Source of the DNA: Octopus sinensis
Taxonomy: Eukaryota
Length of the DNA: 64,000 bases
Direction of reading: 5' to 3'
NCBI RefSeq assembly: GCF_006345805.1
Contig: NC_043017.1
Span: 2,418,001-2,482,000, forward strand
Shown here: positions 14,866 to 27,684 of the stretch, piece by piece
How positions within the stretch are numbered: position 1 is the first letter of the stretch
Layout: every line of letters starts with the position of its first letter
Translations under genes and position numbers: made by a program
The notes under the pieces: generated by a model
What the model was told of the DNA's origin: nothing
Database searches by the model: none
The model's input: the letters and a program-made list of their open reading frames with translations, nothing else

Positions 14866-15000
14866 GTATAGGGTATATATATATATGTATATGTAGTATA
14901 TCTGATATATATGCATATATATATATGTAATATGTATATGTATATGTATATATATATATGTGTATATAGATAATATATATATATGTCATATATATATATG

Positions 15001-15031
<31 letters not shown>

Positions 15032-15671
15032 GTATATATATATCCATATAATATATGTATATATATATGCATATATATATCATATATATATGCCATATAT
15101 ATATATGCATATATATATATCATATATATATAGCATATATATATGTATATATATATATATATATTATATATGCATATATATAATATGCATATTATATATG
15201 TATATGATATTGCATATATATATATGTATATGCATATATATATATGTAATATGCATATATATATATGTATATGCATATATATATATGTATATATGTATAT
15301 ATATATATATATATCTATATGCATATATCATATATATTGTATATATATATGTTATATATATCATGCATATATATTATGTGTATATATATGTATATATATA
15401 TGTATATATATATATATATGTATATATGTATATATGCTATATAGATATATGTATATATATATATGCATATATATATATATATATGTATATGCATATATAT
15501 ATATATATGTATCTTATATATATGGCATATATATATATATATGCATATATATATAGTATATGTATATATATATGTATATATATATATGTATATGCATATA
15601 TATATGTATCTGTATATGCTATATATATGATATATATATATGATATCATATATATATATATATATATATAA
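12508..15671. repeat. ~3.2-kb TA/TATG/TGCATA array
   Basis: Direct inspection. Confidence 0.98.
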
Positions 15672-16246
15672 ATCATGTAAATCCGTTAAATGTTTTAGCC
15701 CGAAGGCCGCGGCCATGCTGGGGCACCACCGCTGAATAGCTACACTAGTTTGTGAATCCACCTCTGATACGTGGCACTTGATCAACAGGTGTTCGATACT
15801 GCTGCCCGCATCCGTGTCTCCTGTCGTGAGGTAGGTCATCTGGGACTCCCAACAAGAAGAGATCCAGTTTAGTTTTAAAGAAACCCACATCCACACATGT
15901 AATCTCTCAGGCATTTAGGGAAGATTTAAAGAGCTGTGGTCCTCTGAAACCCAAGCTGTTGCAGTATCTGGACCTGTATTTTGATGGTGATGTTGGAATC
16001 CTTGGCACCACGCAACGGCGCCCCGTTCTGCGGTTGGAGTAACTTTGATGCCAAAGTTTGGACAAGACCCTCCAGGATTTTCCAGATGTATATCACTGCA
16101 TATCTCTCCCGCCTCCGCTCCAGGGAGAAGAGGTTTAATACCTTCAGTCTTTTTTCCCAGTAGCTGACATTGAGACGATTTTCTTTGTGTAGCTTCTCTG
16201 AGTTGCTTCGAGTTCTGCTGTTGTTTTATATTGTGTGGTGACCGCA
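15672..16246 (-). mobile_element. 3' fragment of a related CR1/L2-group LINE
   Basis: Minus strand encodes [13 protein letters not shown]...[32 protein letters not shown], homologous to 11950-12100. 3' end motif GGTGGTGCCCCAGCATGGCCGC matches that of the first LINE. Confidence 0.9.
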
Positions 16247-17245
16247 TTATATGTATATGCATAATATATATATATATATATATTATATGTATGTATATAT
16301 ATGTGTTATATATATATATATGCATATATATACATACATATTTATATGTATATATATATGCATATATATACATACATATATACATATATGTATATATATG
16401 TATATATATATGCATATATATATACATACATATATATGTGTATATATATATGCATATATATACATACATATATATATGTGTATATATATATATGCATATA
16501 TATACATACATATATATATGTGTATATATATATATATATGCATATATATACATACATATATATACATATATATGTGTGTATATATATATATGCATATATA
16601 TACATATATATATATGTGTATATATATATATGCATATATATACATACATATATATGTGTATATATATATATGCATATATATACATGCATATATATATGCA
16701 TATATATACATACATATATATATGTATATATATATGCATATATATACATATATATATATATATATACATATACATACACACACACACACATACACATATA
16801 TATACTTATGTATATTCATAAATAAATAAATATATATATATATATATATATACATATTTAAAAATATTGTTGACTGTGACTTCGAAGTTTCGGTCAGTTA
16901 CACCATCATCCGACGATTAATGTAAAATGGTTTCTATTATAACGGTACGTAGAAGAAAACCAGCATCAACACACAGGTGTGTGTATGTAAGTGAATGAGT
17001 GAGAGAGAGAGTGTGGGGGGAGTTGTAGTTATAGACAATGTGCGGCTAATGGACACAGGTCGAACAGGCAGAGGTGTTGCTAATGTTGGCTTTACTCTTC
17101 CATTACACATTAACGCCGCCACATCCGCCCCAGTGAACCGCTAAAAAATGTATCAAAGCTTCAGGCTAAAGAAAATGAACATGAAAAACTAAAACGAAAA
17201 AGAGAGGTAGCAAAATGGTTTTTCTTTTTATTAAGTTAATAGGGA

Positions 17246-17290
<45 letters not shown>

Positions 17291-17514
17291 ATGTTTGTGT
17301 ATGTAAGTGTGTGTATATGTATATGTGTGTGTGTGTATGTTTGTGTATGTAAGTGTGTGTATATGTATATGTGTGTGTGTATGCGTACGTATATATGCGT
17401 GTACATAAATGCGTATGCGTAAATGCGTATGCATATATGTGTATGCATATATGTGTGTATATGCGTGTATGTGTATATTTATATGTATATTATATATTTA
17501 TGTATATAGATACA

Positions 17515-17550
<36 letters not shown>

Positions 17551-17630
17551 TAATATATATATATGTACTTATATATAATATATATATATAGCTTATATAT
17601 AACATATAATATATATATAGAGAGAGAGAG
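16247..17630. repeat. TA/TGCA/TACA arrays (16247-16857 and 17250-17630) around a ~400-bp unique island
   Basis: Direct inspection. Confidence 0.93.
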
Positions 17631-18519
17631 ACAGTCAGAGAAATTTAGATAGATTGACAAGATATAGAAGTTGGTAAGTCGGTAGACAGACAGATACGTA
17701 TGTACAAACATATCTACGTCCATACTTTTCGTGTTTTCTTTTATTCCGACTCTTTGGAAAATTCTCTCGCAGCATAATTAAATAAAAGGGCCGTGTATAA
17801 ATAGCTGAATAGATAAATAAATATAAGCATAGCTAACACAAAAGACAAAAAAGTAAAAGAGGGAATTCAACAGAATATTGTTTTTAAAACACGGCTCTTT
17901 ATTTCTATCGCCTCCCCATTTCTCCGACTTTCTTTCTCTTATTTCGTCCATCTTGTCTTACCACTCCAGAATTTGTAGTCAACGCACTTATTATTACCTA
18001 TTTCACTTATCTACGAATATAAGTATGTATATATATATATATATATATATCTATATATATATATATTATATTGTGCAGACATATACACAAATTTATTGGA
18101 TTTGTTAGTTTTTGCATCAAGCGGACGACCCGATCCTCCCAAGTGTATATGTCTATTATTCTAACCACTAAAAAGGTGGAATCTACTTCGTTACGGAAAG
18201 AGTGCCCGCTGTAAATTTAATCAACGAAGCTCATTAATATTGTTTCACCGCTTCTTAAGACTTCTCCACTGTTTCCATTCTTCTCTTCTTGCATCAATTT
18301 ACTTATCCATTGTTTGCTTGCTTCGACCGATTCTTCCATCCCTCAAGATTCCGCAACTGCAATCACGTTTAGCAAAAACCACTTTTTTTCTTCTTTTCTC
18401 GTCGTTTTCACTCTCGGTGATTGTTTCGAGACTTCTCCTCCTTCTCCCCCTCCTTTATCATTTTCTTCATTGGCCTCATCGACGCACTCGTGTGCGCGTG
18501 CGTGCACACGCAGAGATAA

Positions 18520-19130
18520 AGATATATATACATATATATGTATGTATATATATAATTATGTATGTATATTATATATATATGTATCAATATATGATTGTAT
18601 GCATATATGTGTATATATAATTATGTATGCATAAGTATGCATATATATGTATGTATGTATGCATATGTATATATTTACATATATACGTATATGCATATAT
18701 TTGTATGTGAGATATGTGCATACGTATATGTATGTGCGTGTATATATTTATACATATAAACACATATATACATTAACTTATATATACACGTATATATACT
18801 AATATATAAATATATGTATACACATATATACACGCATATTTATTATATATATATATATACTATATATACGTATATATTATAGATATATACGTATATATTA
18901 TAGATATATACGTATATATTATAGATATATACATATATATTATATACATATGCACATATAATTACTTTAATATATATATATATATACACATTAATATATA
19001 TATATATATATATATATACATACATACATAAACACATATATATAGTATTGTGTGTTTATATATATATATATATAGTATGCTTATATATCGTATGTATATA
19101 TGTATATACATATTATTTATACACACACAT
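18520..19130. repeat. TA-type compound microsatellite
   Basis: Direct inspection. Confidence 0.93.
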
Positions 19131-19604
19131 AATATACGCATATTAGTATTTAAATTGCAAGTTCACAAAGGGGAATTCAGTTTTGATTTAAGATGGCGGA
19201 ATCTTTTGTTATTTAGAGCATTTAAATTTGTAGCTTCGGGCTTATTCATATGAAGCAGTTGTTTGTTAAATGTTAGCCGCCGCAAGGAAAATAAACCGGA
19301 GCGTTTTATAATATCAAATCTTCCCTTATTTCGATGTCAATGCCCAGTTCAATTTATTGTGAACATACTTTAGAATTGGATGTGTGGTCGACTTGTTAAA
19401 AGTACGGATTTCATTTCCATAGACTGACTTAAGTTCAGATAGATATAATTTATGGAACGGTTTGGTTCAAAGTCTTTAACACTAAATGGAAGCAATAAAA
19501 TCTATTGAGTAGACCATTAAGTTCTTGGTCCGAATATTTAAAATAGCGGTCTATAGGAATATTCAGTGCCGCTATGTTTTTAATTCTGTTGCTGCTGTTG
19601 AATT

Positions 19605-19892
19605 CTTCTTCTTATTCTTCTAATCGGGACTCACGCCATTAGCCAGAAAGTATAATCTCTAATTCGAGCCTACTCTAAGCTACTAAGAATGCGTGAAGAT
19701 CCACCAGCCACACGCGATAGACTGGCGGTTGCACGGGCGCGAAAGCTACGTTGTTATCCCCATTCTGTAAATGGTGGCTTTTAACGGGTGGAGAGCTGTA
19801 CCATCCTAGGGTACAGAGGATTTGCAATCTAGACTAGGGTCTGAAAGTTTACCACACCATAGTGTGTTACACCATGGTTCCTTTGCTTAGTA
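19605..19892 (-). mobile_element. Unclassified retroelement-like fragment ending in a (GAA)n tail
   Basis: GC-richer island ending in agaagaataagaagaagaa on the minus strand; joined to the truncated family D copy. Confidence 0.35.
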
Positions 19893-20081
19893 GGAAGAAA
19901 GAGGGGGAGAAAGTTGTGTTGAAAGAGTACAGCGGGGTTCACCCCACCCTCCCCGCCGGAGCCTCGTGGAGCTTAGGTGTTTTTGCTCAATAAACACTCA
20001 CAATGCCCGATCTGGGAATCGAAACCGCGTTCTTACGACTGCGAGTCCACTGCCCTAACAACTGGGCCATTGCGCCTCCAC
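19893..20081 (-). mobile_element. SINE family D, 5' part
   Basis: Homologous to 23827-24010. Confidence 0.85.
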
Positions 20082-20122
20082 GCTGTAGTTGTTGTTGTCG
20101 TTGACGTCGTTGTAAAATATCA

Positions 20123-20251
20123 TGTCATCGACCCCAGTGCGAAAGGATGAAAGGCAAAGTCGACCTCGGCGGAATTTGAACTCAGAACGTAACGACAGAT
20201 GAAATACCTCTAAGCATTTTGCCCGGCGCGCTATCGCGTCTGCCAGTTCGC

Positions 20252-20252
<1 letters not shown>
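20123..20252 (-). mobile_element. SINE family B, partial
   Basis: ggcgaactggcagac head and gagttcaaattccgccgaggtcgactttgcctttcatcctttcg core. Confidence 0.85.
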
Positions 20253-20283
<31 letters not shown>

Positions 20284-20284
20284 C

Positions 20285-20455
20285 ACATACGACGGGCTTC
20301 TTTCAGTTTCCGACTACCAAATCCACTCACAAGGCTTTTGATCGGCCCAGGCTGTAGTAGAAAGACACTAGTCCGAGGTGCCACGCAGTGGGACCGAACC
20401 TTGAACCATGTGGTTGGGAAGCATTATTCCTACCACAGAGTCATTCTTACGCCTT
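20285..20455 (-). mobile_element. SINE family A, 5' half
   Basis: Head and body match the family consensus seen in other copies. Confidence 0.85.
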
Positions 20456-20499
20456 ACCGAAAAGGCATAAGAGGCTGAGGCCGGCATTGCTTTGATCAC

Positions 20500-20790
20500 T
20501 GCGTATCCACCCAGTCAGGTGTAACCTGGAACTGTACAACAACCATAATGATAGCATCAACGGGAATGATGGCTTTTCTATGTAATTACTCGATCTGCTA
20601 GAAATATCAACCATGTCTGTTTCATGTCACATTTTACCGTTTGGGAAAAGTAGTTGCTATGCTGGATAATGTAGTACTACTAGATTTCTAAAATGGCGTA
20701 ACAGTCACGGTTGGATTACCTTTGATCAATAGGTCAGCTTGATCTGGGATGACCTGAGTTAAACAGTAACGACAACGTCAACAACTCTCA
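20500..20790 (+). mobile_element. Old repeat (family F) ending in (CAA)n; related fragments at ~455-690, 3480-4050 and 22070-22135
   Basis: Recurrent tgctagaaat/atagcagc...ggataatgtagt...acggytgga...tgatc...acctg...aaacaacaac pattern. Confidence 0.55.
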
Positions 20791-22199
20791 GCTAAGGTTA
20801 ATAATTGAAGTCTTTTAAAGCTACTTAGAAACAAAAGTTTGCGTAGGCAGGAAATTCCTATTACCATTTTCTACAATTGGAACCCGCTGAATAGAGAAGT
20901 TGAGTAAACCATTAAATTCTACTTAATTTGCCTTGCTGCAGTTTTATATCCATAGAATTCTTTGTTTATCTCACATATTCTAACAACACACGAAACCAAA
21001 TCTAAGAATCAACTAGTAATCTGATGAGTTTCCAATTACCACGGTATGAAATTTTTATGAGTTCTTGCTTATTTCTAGCAAAATTAATCATAATATTGAT
21101 GTCACTTCATCAGTTCTAATCATTGGTCTTCAGATGGAATATGTGATAGTGTAGATCATAGAAAACTATGGTTGCTCTATCGCCTTTTCGAATCTAAAAT
21201 CACACATTTTAATGTTAGCCATTCGGGGAACCAATGATGGAATGGAAATAGGTCTTTGGAGATGATGATGCCTAACGGAAAACGATCTTACATTTTTTTT
21301 TTGTTCTCTTTTTATTTTTATTTCCTTTCCGTATTCCTACCAGTTTCATAATTGTAATATTATGAGCTAAAATACTAATTTGTGGATTGGAAAAATAAAC
21401 AAGCAACCAAACATAAGAAAAGAACCTTTTAATGTTACTCTGCCAATGTAAAAGTAGGCTTTCTGAGTCATAACTAGCTACGGATTATCTGTCCGATTTA
21501 AAAGCTGGTGTTACAAAGTAGGACTCCATCTAATGCTATAATCTGGATCCTGTTTCAGCGTTGCTACAAACAATTATCGACAAGATTCTATACAATACTT
21601 CCTGATAAATTCTGAAACAAAATTACTGTATTCGACTGAATGAGATGCCGAAGTGATAAGCAACTGTTTTGCGAATACATGAAACATATATGTGACAGAC
21701 TCTTCAGCTCCTTATATCCTTTACGGTGAATGTAGGTCGAATCAAAGCAGTTAATGATTGGATGATGTTGTTGTTGTTGTTGTGGTGGTGGTGGTGGTTG
21801 TTCTGCTGCTCCTGTTGCAGCTGATTTGCTGTTTAACTCCAAGTTAACTTTGATCAAAGTAGACTTATAATCTGAGGCTTTAAATAAGAAGCAAATACTG
21901 GATCATTAGTATGTCTAACATTCCTCAAGGCGGTGCCCCAGCATAGCCGCATTCAAATGACTCAAAGAAGTGAAAGGTAAAAGATATATTACATGAGTAA
22001 AGAGCCATTGAATAATACAGACCTAAATACATTATGTTTGAATAAACGTTAGTGGGATCAGAGAGGGAAAAGCTTGGATCGTACATCTGCTGGATCAAGG
22101 CTTACCTGGGGTTAAACAAAACAACAGCCACCTTACTTGGACATGTCTCTGTAAAGATTTACCTCATTATGCTTCCTTACAATAAGAAGTGTGGGAAGT

Positions 22200-22490
22200 C
22201 ATCGATAAATCATTTGACATTGTATCGATGCCGTAATGTGATCGATATAATCACCTCAACACCGCATGTGAGGCGGCGAAGTGATCGCGGTGTGTACTGC
22301 ACGTTAGTCGCCGAAGAGATTGAAGTGTGTACCACACGTCAGGCGCCAAGCGATCGCAGAGCAACATAAGAGGCGGTGCTTTCTTCCTCTCGAGTAGGAG
22401 AAAAACACAACGACCACCCAGTCTAGAAATTGAAACCATGACCTCGTGATCGTAAGTGCAACCCGCTAACCACCAGACCTTGCGCTCTCA
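22200..22490 (-). mobile_element. Old tRNA-headed SINE (family H)
   Basis: Head ggtctggtggttagcgggttgcacttacgatcacgaggtcatggtttca resembles the family C head. Confidence 0.55.
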
Positions 22491-22539
22491 CTGATTATGT
22501 GAGACCACTTAGAAATGTATATCACTGTAGTTAAGAGAT

Positions 22540-22795
22540 GAATAGAATAAGTACTAGGCTTACAAAGAATAAGTCCTGGGGTCACTTTGTTCGACTAAAG
22601 GCGGTACAGTAGCATGGCGGTAGCCAGATGTCTGATACGAGTTATTGTTTGTTATGAAAGCCAGTGTTTGTCTTTCTTTTTCCCCCCACCATCGCTTGAC
22701 AACTGATGTTGGTGTGTTTACATCCCCGTAGCTTAGCGGTTCGGCAAAAGATACCGATAGAATAAGTACTAGGTTTACAAAGAATAAGTCCTCGA
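22540..22795 (+). mobile_element. Two SINE family A 3'-half fragments
   Basis: gatagaataagtactagg module twice (22540-22630 and 22665-22795). Confidence 0.8.
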
Positions 22796-23097
22796 GGTAC
22801 TGTTGTATTCAATGAATATGTGAATGACACGAGATGAATTACGATTTATTCGTGATCAGAGTTGTTCGAAAACCGAGGTTCTACTAATATATATATATAT
22901 ATATATATACCCCCGCACATGCATGCACGCACGCGCGTGAGCTAACAAATACACGTTTACACACAGACAAACGCGCTCGCGTTGATCATGTTTGCATGTC
23001 CGTGAACGTTTTTGTGCACTTTACCTCTACGCTTCCTTTCACCACTGAATCTCTCTGTTTATTAACTCTCTCTTTCTCTCTCCCACTATCTATTTAT

Positions 23098-23141
<44 letters not shown>

Positions 23142-23826
23142 TTATCTATTTATCTATTTATCTATCTATCTATCTATCTACGTTTGCGTAACAATTTACT
23201 TACCAAATTGCATGAGACTCCAACAACACCACAATTAACAAACAGCATAAAACACACTTTAGCCCGCTCCGTATGCATCCTTCTATTCGTTAGCCTCCAT
23301 TCCACACACACATCGTCTCCCTATCTCTCATTCCCTTTTCACTCTTTATCACATATAATTTCTATGCAAGTAATTAGAAAACAAACAAACCCTTAACTAC
23401 TCTATACACACATGGAGCATATATTGTATTGTATTATTACCTGGCTGTCGACACCAGATGCCAATCATTAGAAGCAATTATATCATCACACATTTTCTCC
23501 ACTCAACCTAAACGGCATCAATGCTCGGCGTAATGTCAATCGGGTTGTGACACACAACACTGAAGCCTGCACATATCTTTTTGAACGACTAATTAGCGGC
23601 GGCATTTTTCCCTTTGTTGCCGCGGTCAACAATGAGCAATTAATGCAGGTTTTATAGCGACTTTCACACTACGAACCCTCATTCGCACAACGGGAGAGAA
23701 TTGTTGTTAAATGGACAGATGTAGGGATACGGAGAGAGAAGGTAACGGATGCGATTGGAGAGACAGAGAGGGAAAGAAGAAAATATAGACACACGCTTAT
23801 ATATATACATTCATGTAAGTGTACGT

Positions 23827-24135
23827 GTGGAGGCGCAATGGCCCAGTGGTTCAGGCAGCGGATTCGCGGTCGGAGGATCGCAGTTTCGATTCCCAGAGTG
23901 GGCGTTGTGTGTGTTTATTGAGCGAAAACACCTAAAAGCTCCACGAGGCTCCAGCAGGGGGTGGTAATCCCTGCTGTTCTCTTTCACCACTCTTTCTCCC
24001 ACTCTTTCTTCTGTTGGCGCTCGCTTAGCCAGCGGGGTGGCGTCGTTCGAAGGCTAAAAAAACAATGCGAACGCATTGTGACCAGCGATGCGTAACTACA
24101 TCTGATGGACTGGTCGGTCACGTGATCACGTGATA
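23827..24135 (+). mobile_element. SINE family D with 11-bp TSD and (CACGTGAT)2 tail
   Basis: A-box tggcccagtgg, B-box gtttcgattcc; taagtgtacgt at 23816-23826 and 24136-24146. Confidence 0.9.
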
Positions 24136-24146
24136 TAAGTGTACGT

Positions 24147-24745
24147 AGGCGCAGGTGTGGCTGTGTGGTAAGCAGCTTGCTTCCCAACCATATGGTTCTG
24201 GGTTCAGTCCCACTGCGTGTCATCATGGGCAACTGTCTTCTGCAATAGCCTCGGGCTGACCAAAGTTTTGTGAGTGGATTTGGTAGACGGAAACTGAAAG
24301 AAGCCCGTCCCATATATTTAGATATTTATAAATATATCTAAATATATTTACATCTATATATATGTATATTTAAATATATGTACATCTATATATATCTATA
24401 TATAGTGAAGGCGCATGGCTCAGTGGTTAGAGCGTCGAGCTTACGATCGTGAGGTTGTGAGCTCGAATCCCGGACCGGGCTGCATGAATTGTTCTTGAGC
24501 AAGGCACTTTATTTCACGTTGCTCCAGTTCACTCAGCTGTAGAAATGAGTTGCGACGTCACTGATGCCAAGCTGTATCGACCTTTGTCTTTCCCTTGGAT
24601 AACACTGGTGGTGTGGAGAGGGGAGGCTGGTATGCATGGGCGACTGCTGGTCTTCCTTAAAACAACCTTGCCCGGACTTGTGTCTAGGAGGGTAACTTTC
24701 TAGGTGCAATTCCATGGTCATTCATGACCGAAGGGGGTCTTTACC

Positions 24746-24782
<37 letters not shown>

Positions 24783-24915
24783 CATCTATATATATATACA
24801 CATATTTTTAAACTGATGTACAACTATATATATTTAAATATGTGTGTGTATGTATGTGTGTCTTTGTGTTTGTCACCGAATGACCAGCGGTGTTGCTATG
24901 TTTACGTCCGCGTAA
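24147..24915 (+). mobile_element. SINE family A with a family C SINE nested in its linker
   Basis: 5' half 24147-24310, TA linker, family C copy at 24405-24749, partial 3' half 24855-24915. Confidence 0.8.
24405..24749 (+). mobile_element. SINE family C (tRNA head, ttgagcaaggcacttt central domain)
   Basis: A-box tggctcagtgg, B-box-like gctcgaatcc; homologous over its full length to 44110-44450. Confidence 0.88.
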
Positions 24916-25942
24916 ATTAAATGCCAGTTACGAACTGGGGTCGATGTAATCAACTAAATCCGTTTGTCTGTTCTTGTTTGTCCCTTCTATGTTTTGCCCC
25001 TTGTTGGCAGTAAAGAAATAAGAATTGCATTGTTTCTGTCAAGTCACCTGATTGGATGTTAATTCCGAAATCAATTTCTTTGCAAAAATCCGTAATGTTT
25101 TGAACAGAAATAAAATCCTAGGTGAGATGAAGTTATTCTAGTTTTTAGTATCTGATGGAAAGAAAATGTCGGCGTTACTTTTTGTCTTTATTACCGAATA
25201 GGTTTTGGTGGAAGGTATCTTTGATTTTAGCGATAGCTGCTCTAGTATTTGCTCACTGGTTTAACCTATATCACACTGGGCTGGAGGGATGGTCTGGAAG
25301 AAGAGTTTCTTCTATTAATACTCTTCGATATTTGGAACGATGGAGTTCTCTTCACAGTTTTCCCTTTCGATAAGAACGAGGCATACGGCGTTCTAGACAC
25401 CGGAAATATATTGTGCAGTTAAAACTTAGATGTCACTATGAATGCATGCATACAGATATACATACATACATACTGGTAGGTAGATAGGTATGCACACATA
25501 CACACACACGTATATATGTGTGCATCATGGGCCTGTGAATGCGTATATGTGCATATGCATTGCTTCACATAATTGATTAAAGTCAATCTAATTAGCTATG
25601 TGCATTACTGATTGCTAAATTTCTTAATTAAAGCAAATTAAGAGGCCACTCCAGGCCTTAATATGTATTTCAAATTAGCAATACCATTATCCAAATTCTT
25701 CACACTCAGAAATTATCGTTGCTAATCTGAGTTTCTGATTATTATCAGAAATAATAGTGTAGAACAAATTATCATGTGGAATTTAGTGTTATGCATAAAG
25801 GGATAAGCCTAACTTTGTCTCTGTCAACATTTTATTTTATTTCTGACGTCGTTAAATGGGGCTGCTCTATTTATTTCCATCAGATGTAATTTGAAGACGA
25901 TTTAGCTTCTTTTTCTATGAGGATTTTCTGTAAATTGTACAT

Positions 25943-26085
25943 GGGCCCAGGCGTGGCTGTGTTGGTAGAAGCTTACTTTCCCACCCGCATGGTTCCAGGT
26001 TCAATCCCACCGCGCCTCACCTTCGGCCGACCAAAACTTTCTGCGTGGATTTTTGTAGTCAGAAACTAAAAAGAACCACGTCGTG

Positions 26086-26127
<42 letters not shown>

Positions 26128-26459
26128 TATATATAGGGGGAGAATTCACGAAAAAACAAAACACGAAGACAGGTGGTGTAGAAAACAAACAGATGTATTA
26201 GTATAACGCTCAGAAATTGGAAATGTCTTTTACGTTTCGAGCCTACGCTCTTCTACAGAAAGAGACACAGAAAAGAAAATAGAAAAACAAGGTGAGAAAA
26301 ACAGTGTGTGTAGTGGCTACCGATCTATCATGAACTTCTCTACCACGAACTTCTCCACTGGACTTTCTACCTTTCTATCCTTTACGGATTCTCTTTTGGA
26401 CATTTTACCCTCCGGCTGCACCTCTCCTACCTATGGATTACTGTGGACTCTCTCTCGCT

Positions 26460-26506
<47 letters not shown>

Positions 26507-26700
26507 CACAGACTCGAGAATGGGAGGAGTTGGTGTTTTACATCCGCGTAACATAGTGGTTCGGCAAAAACAGACCGATAGAATAAGTACCAGGCTTGAA
26601 CAATTTAAGCAAAAAATATTGGTGTCGATTCAATCGAGTGAAAATCTTTCAAGGCAGTGCCCCAGCATGGTCGCAATCTAATGACTGAAAGCAACAAAAG
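25943..26700 (+). mobile_element. Diverged SINE family A with a Penelope-type fragment nested in its linker
   Basis: 5' half 25943-26074; 3' half 26515-26700. Confidence 0.75.
26136..26332 (-). mobile_element. Penelope-type terminal-repeat fragment (second family) with variant hammerhead core CUGUAGA
   Basis: Homologous to 57881-58083 and 59756-59934; contains ctgtagaagagcgtaggctcgaaacgt; TA-repeat flank. Confidence 0.55.
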
Positions 26701-27267
26701 ATAGCTATTTGATGCATTGACATCCAAAAGAGAGAAGAGAGATCGATAGGACATTTAGTTGAGAAAGTCATACGATTGAAGAGTAAGATTGATGCAGTGA
26801 TTGAGAGACGAAGACTTATGGAATTATGTGAGACATTACCGGAAAGTTTTCTTCTATTTACACTGATTGTAGGAATGGCGAAGATTTTCAAGCAACTCAG
26901 CCATCTTTACTTTATTCTTACTAAAGAGTCTATAATATCTGTTATTTATGTGGATATTCTAATGAATAGAATTTAAGAAACATTTGTAATACTACAACGG
27001 GCTCTTAAATTATAGGGGGTTGAACTATAGCATAATTCGATTACCGTTTTTGTGTCAATTATTAAACTCCTTCTGTAAGTAACAGAGTCTACCGCTCAAA
27101 ATTACGGTCTGATAAGACGCCATTTTAATGATGAACAACAGAATTAATGGATTCCTCGTCGGAAGAAATAATTTGATAAGCGATTGCTAGTGTTTCTAAT
27201 TTATATGGTTATGTCAGAGTACGTTTATAAACATATAAATCTCGCTTTATATATATATATCACATAT

Positions 27268-27457
27268 AGGCGCAGGAGTGGTTGTGTGGTAAGAAGTTAT
27301 AGGCATAGGCGTCGCTGTGAAGTAAGAAGCCTGCTTCCCAACCACATGGTTCCGGGTTCAGTCCCACGGCGTGGCACATTGGGCAAATGTCGTCTATTGA
27401 CTCGAGACGAAGCTTTGTGAGGGGATTTGGTAGACGGAAACTGAAAGAAGCCCCCCG

Positions 27458-27492
<35 letters not shown>

Positions 27493-27680
27493 CATACATA
27501 CATACATACATGCATACATATGTTGGTGCGTTTACGTCTTCGTAACTTAACACATCGGCAAAAGATATCGATAGAATAAGTACTAGGCTTATAAAGAATA
27601 AGTCCTGGGGTCGATTCGTTCGACTAAAGGCTGTAATCTAGCATGGTTGCAGTCATATGACTAAAACTAGTAAAAAGAAT
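27268..27680 (+). mobile_element. SINE family A, full length, with a partly duplicated head
   Basis: All modules present; the ataggc...taagaag segment occurs twice at the 5' end. Confidence 0.9.
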
Positions 27681-27684
27681 AACG

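Noticed and set aside
19188-19200. AAGATGGCGG YY1-like or start-codon motif (also on the minus strand near 39085)
   Set aside because: The ORF closes after 7 codons, and there is no other promoter evidence.
24312-24347. 14-bp AT-rich inverted repeat
   Set aside because: It lies within a TA microsatellite linker, where such symmetry arises trivially.
25565-25645. Dense TAAT/ATTA clusters (also ~28620-28710 and ~36000-36030)
   Set aside because: Expected by chance in very AT-rich DNA; no independent support.
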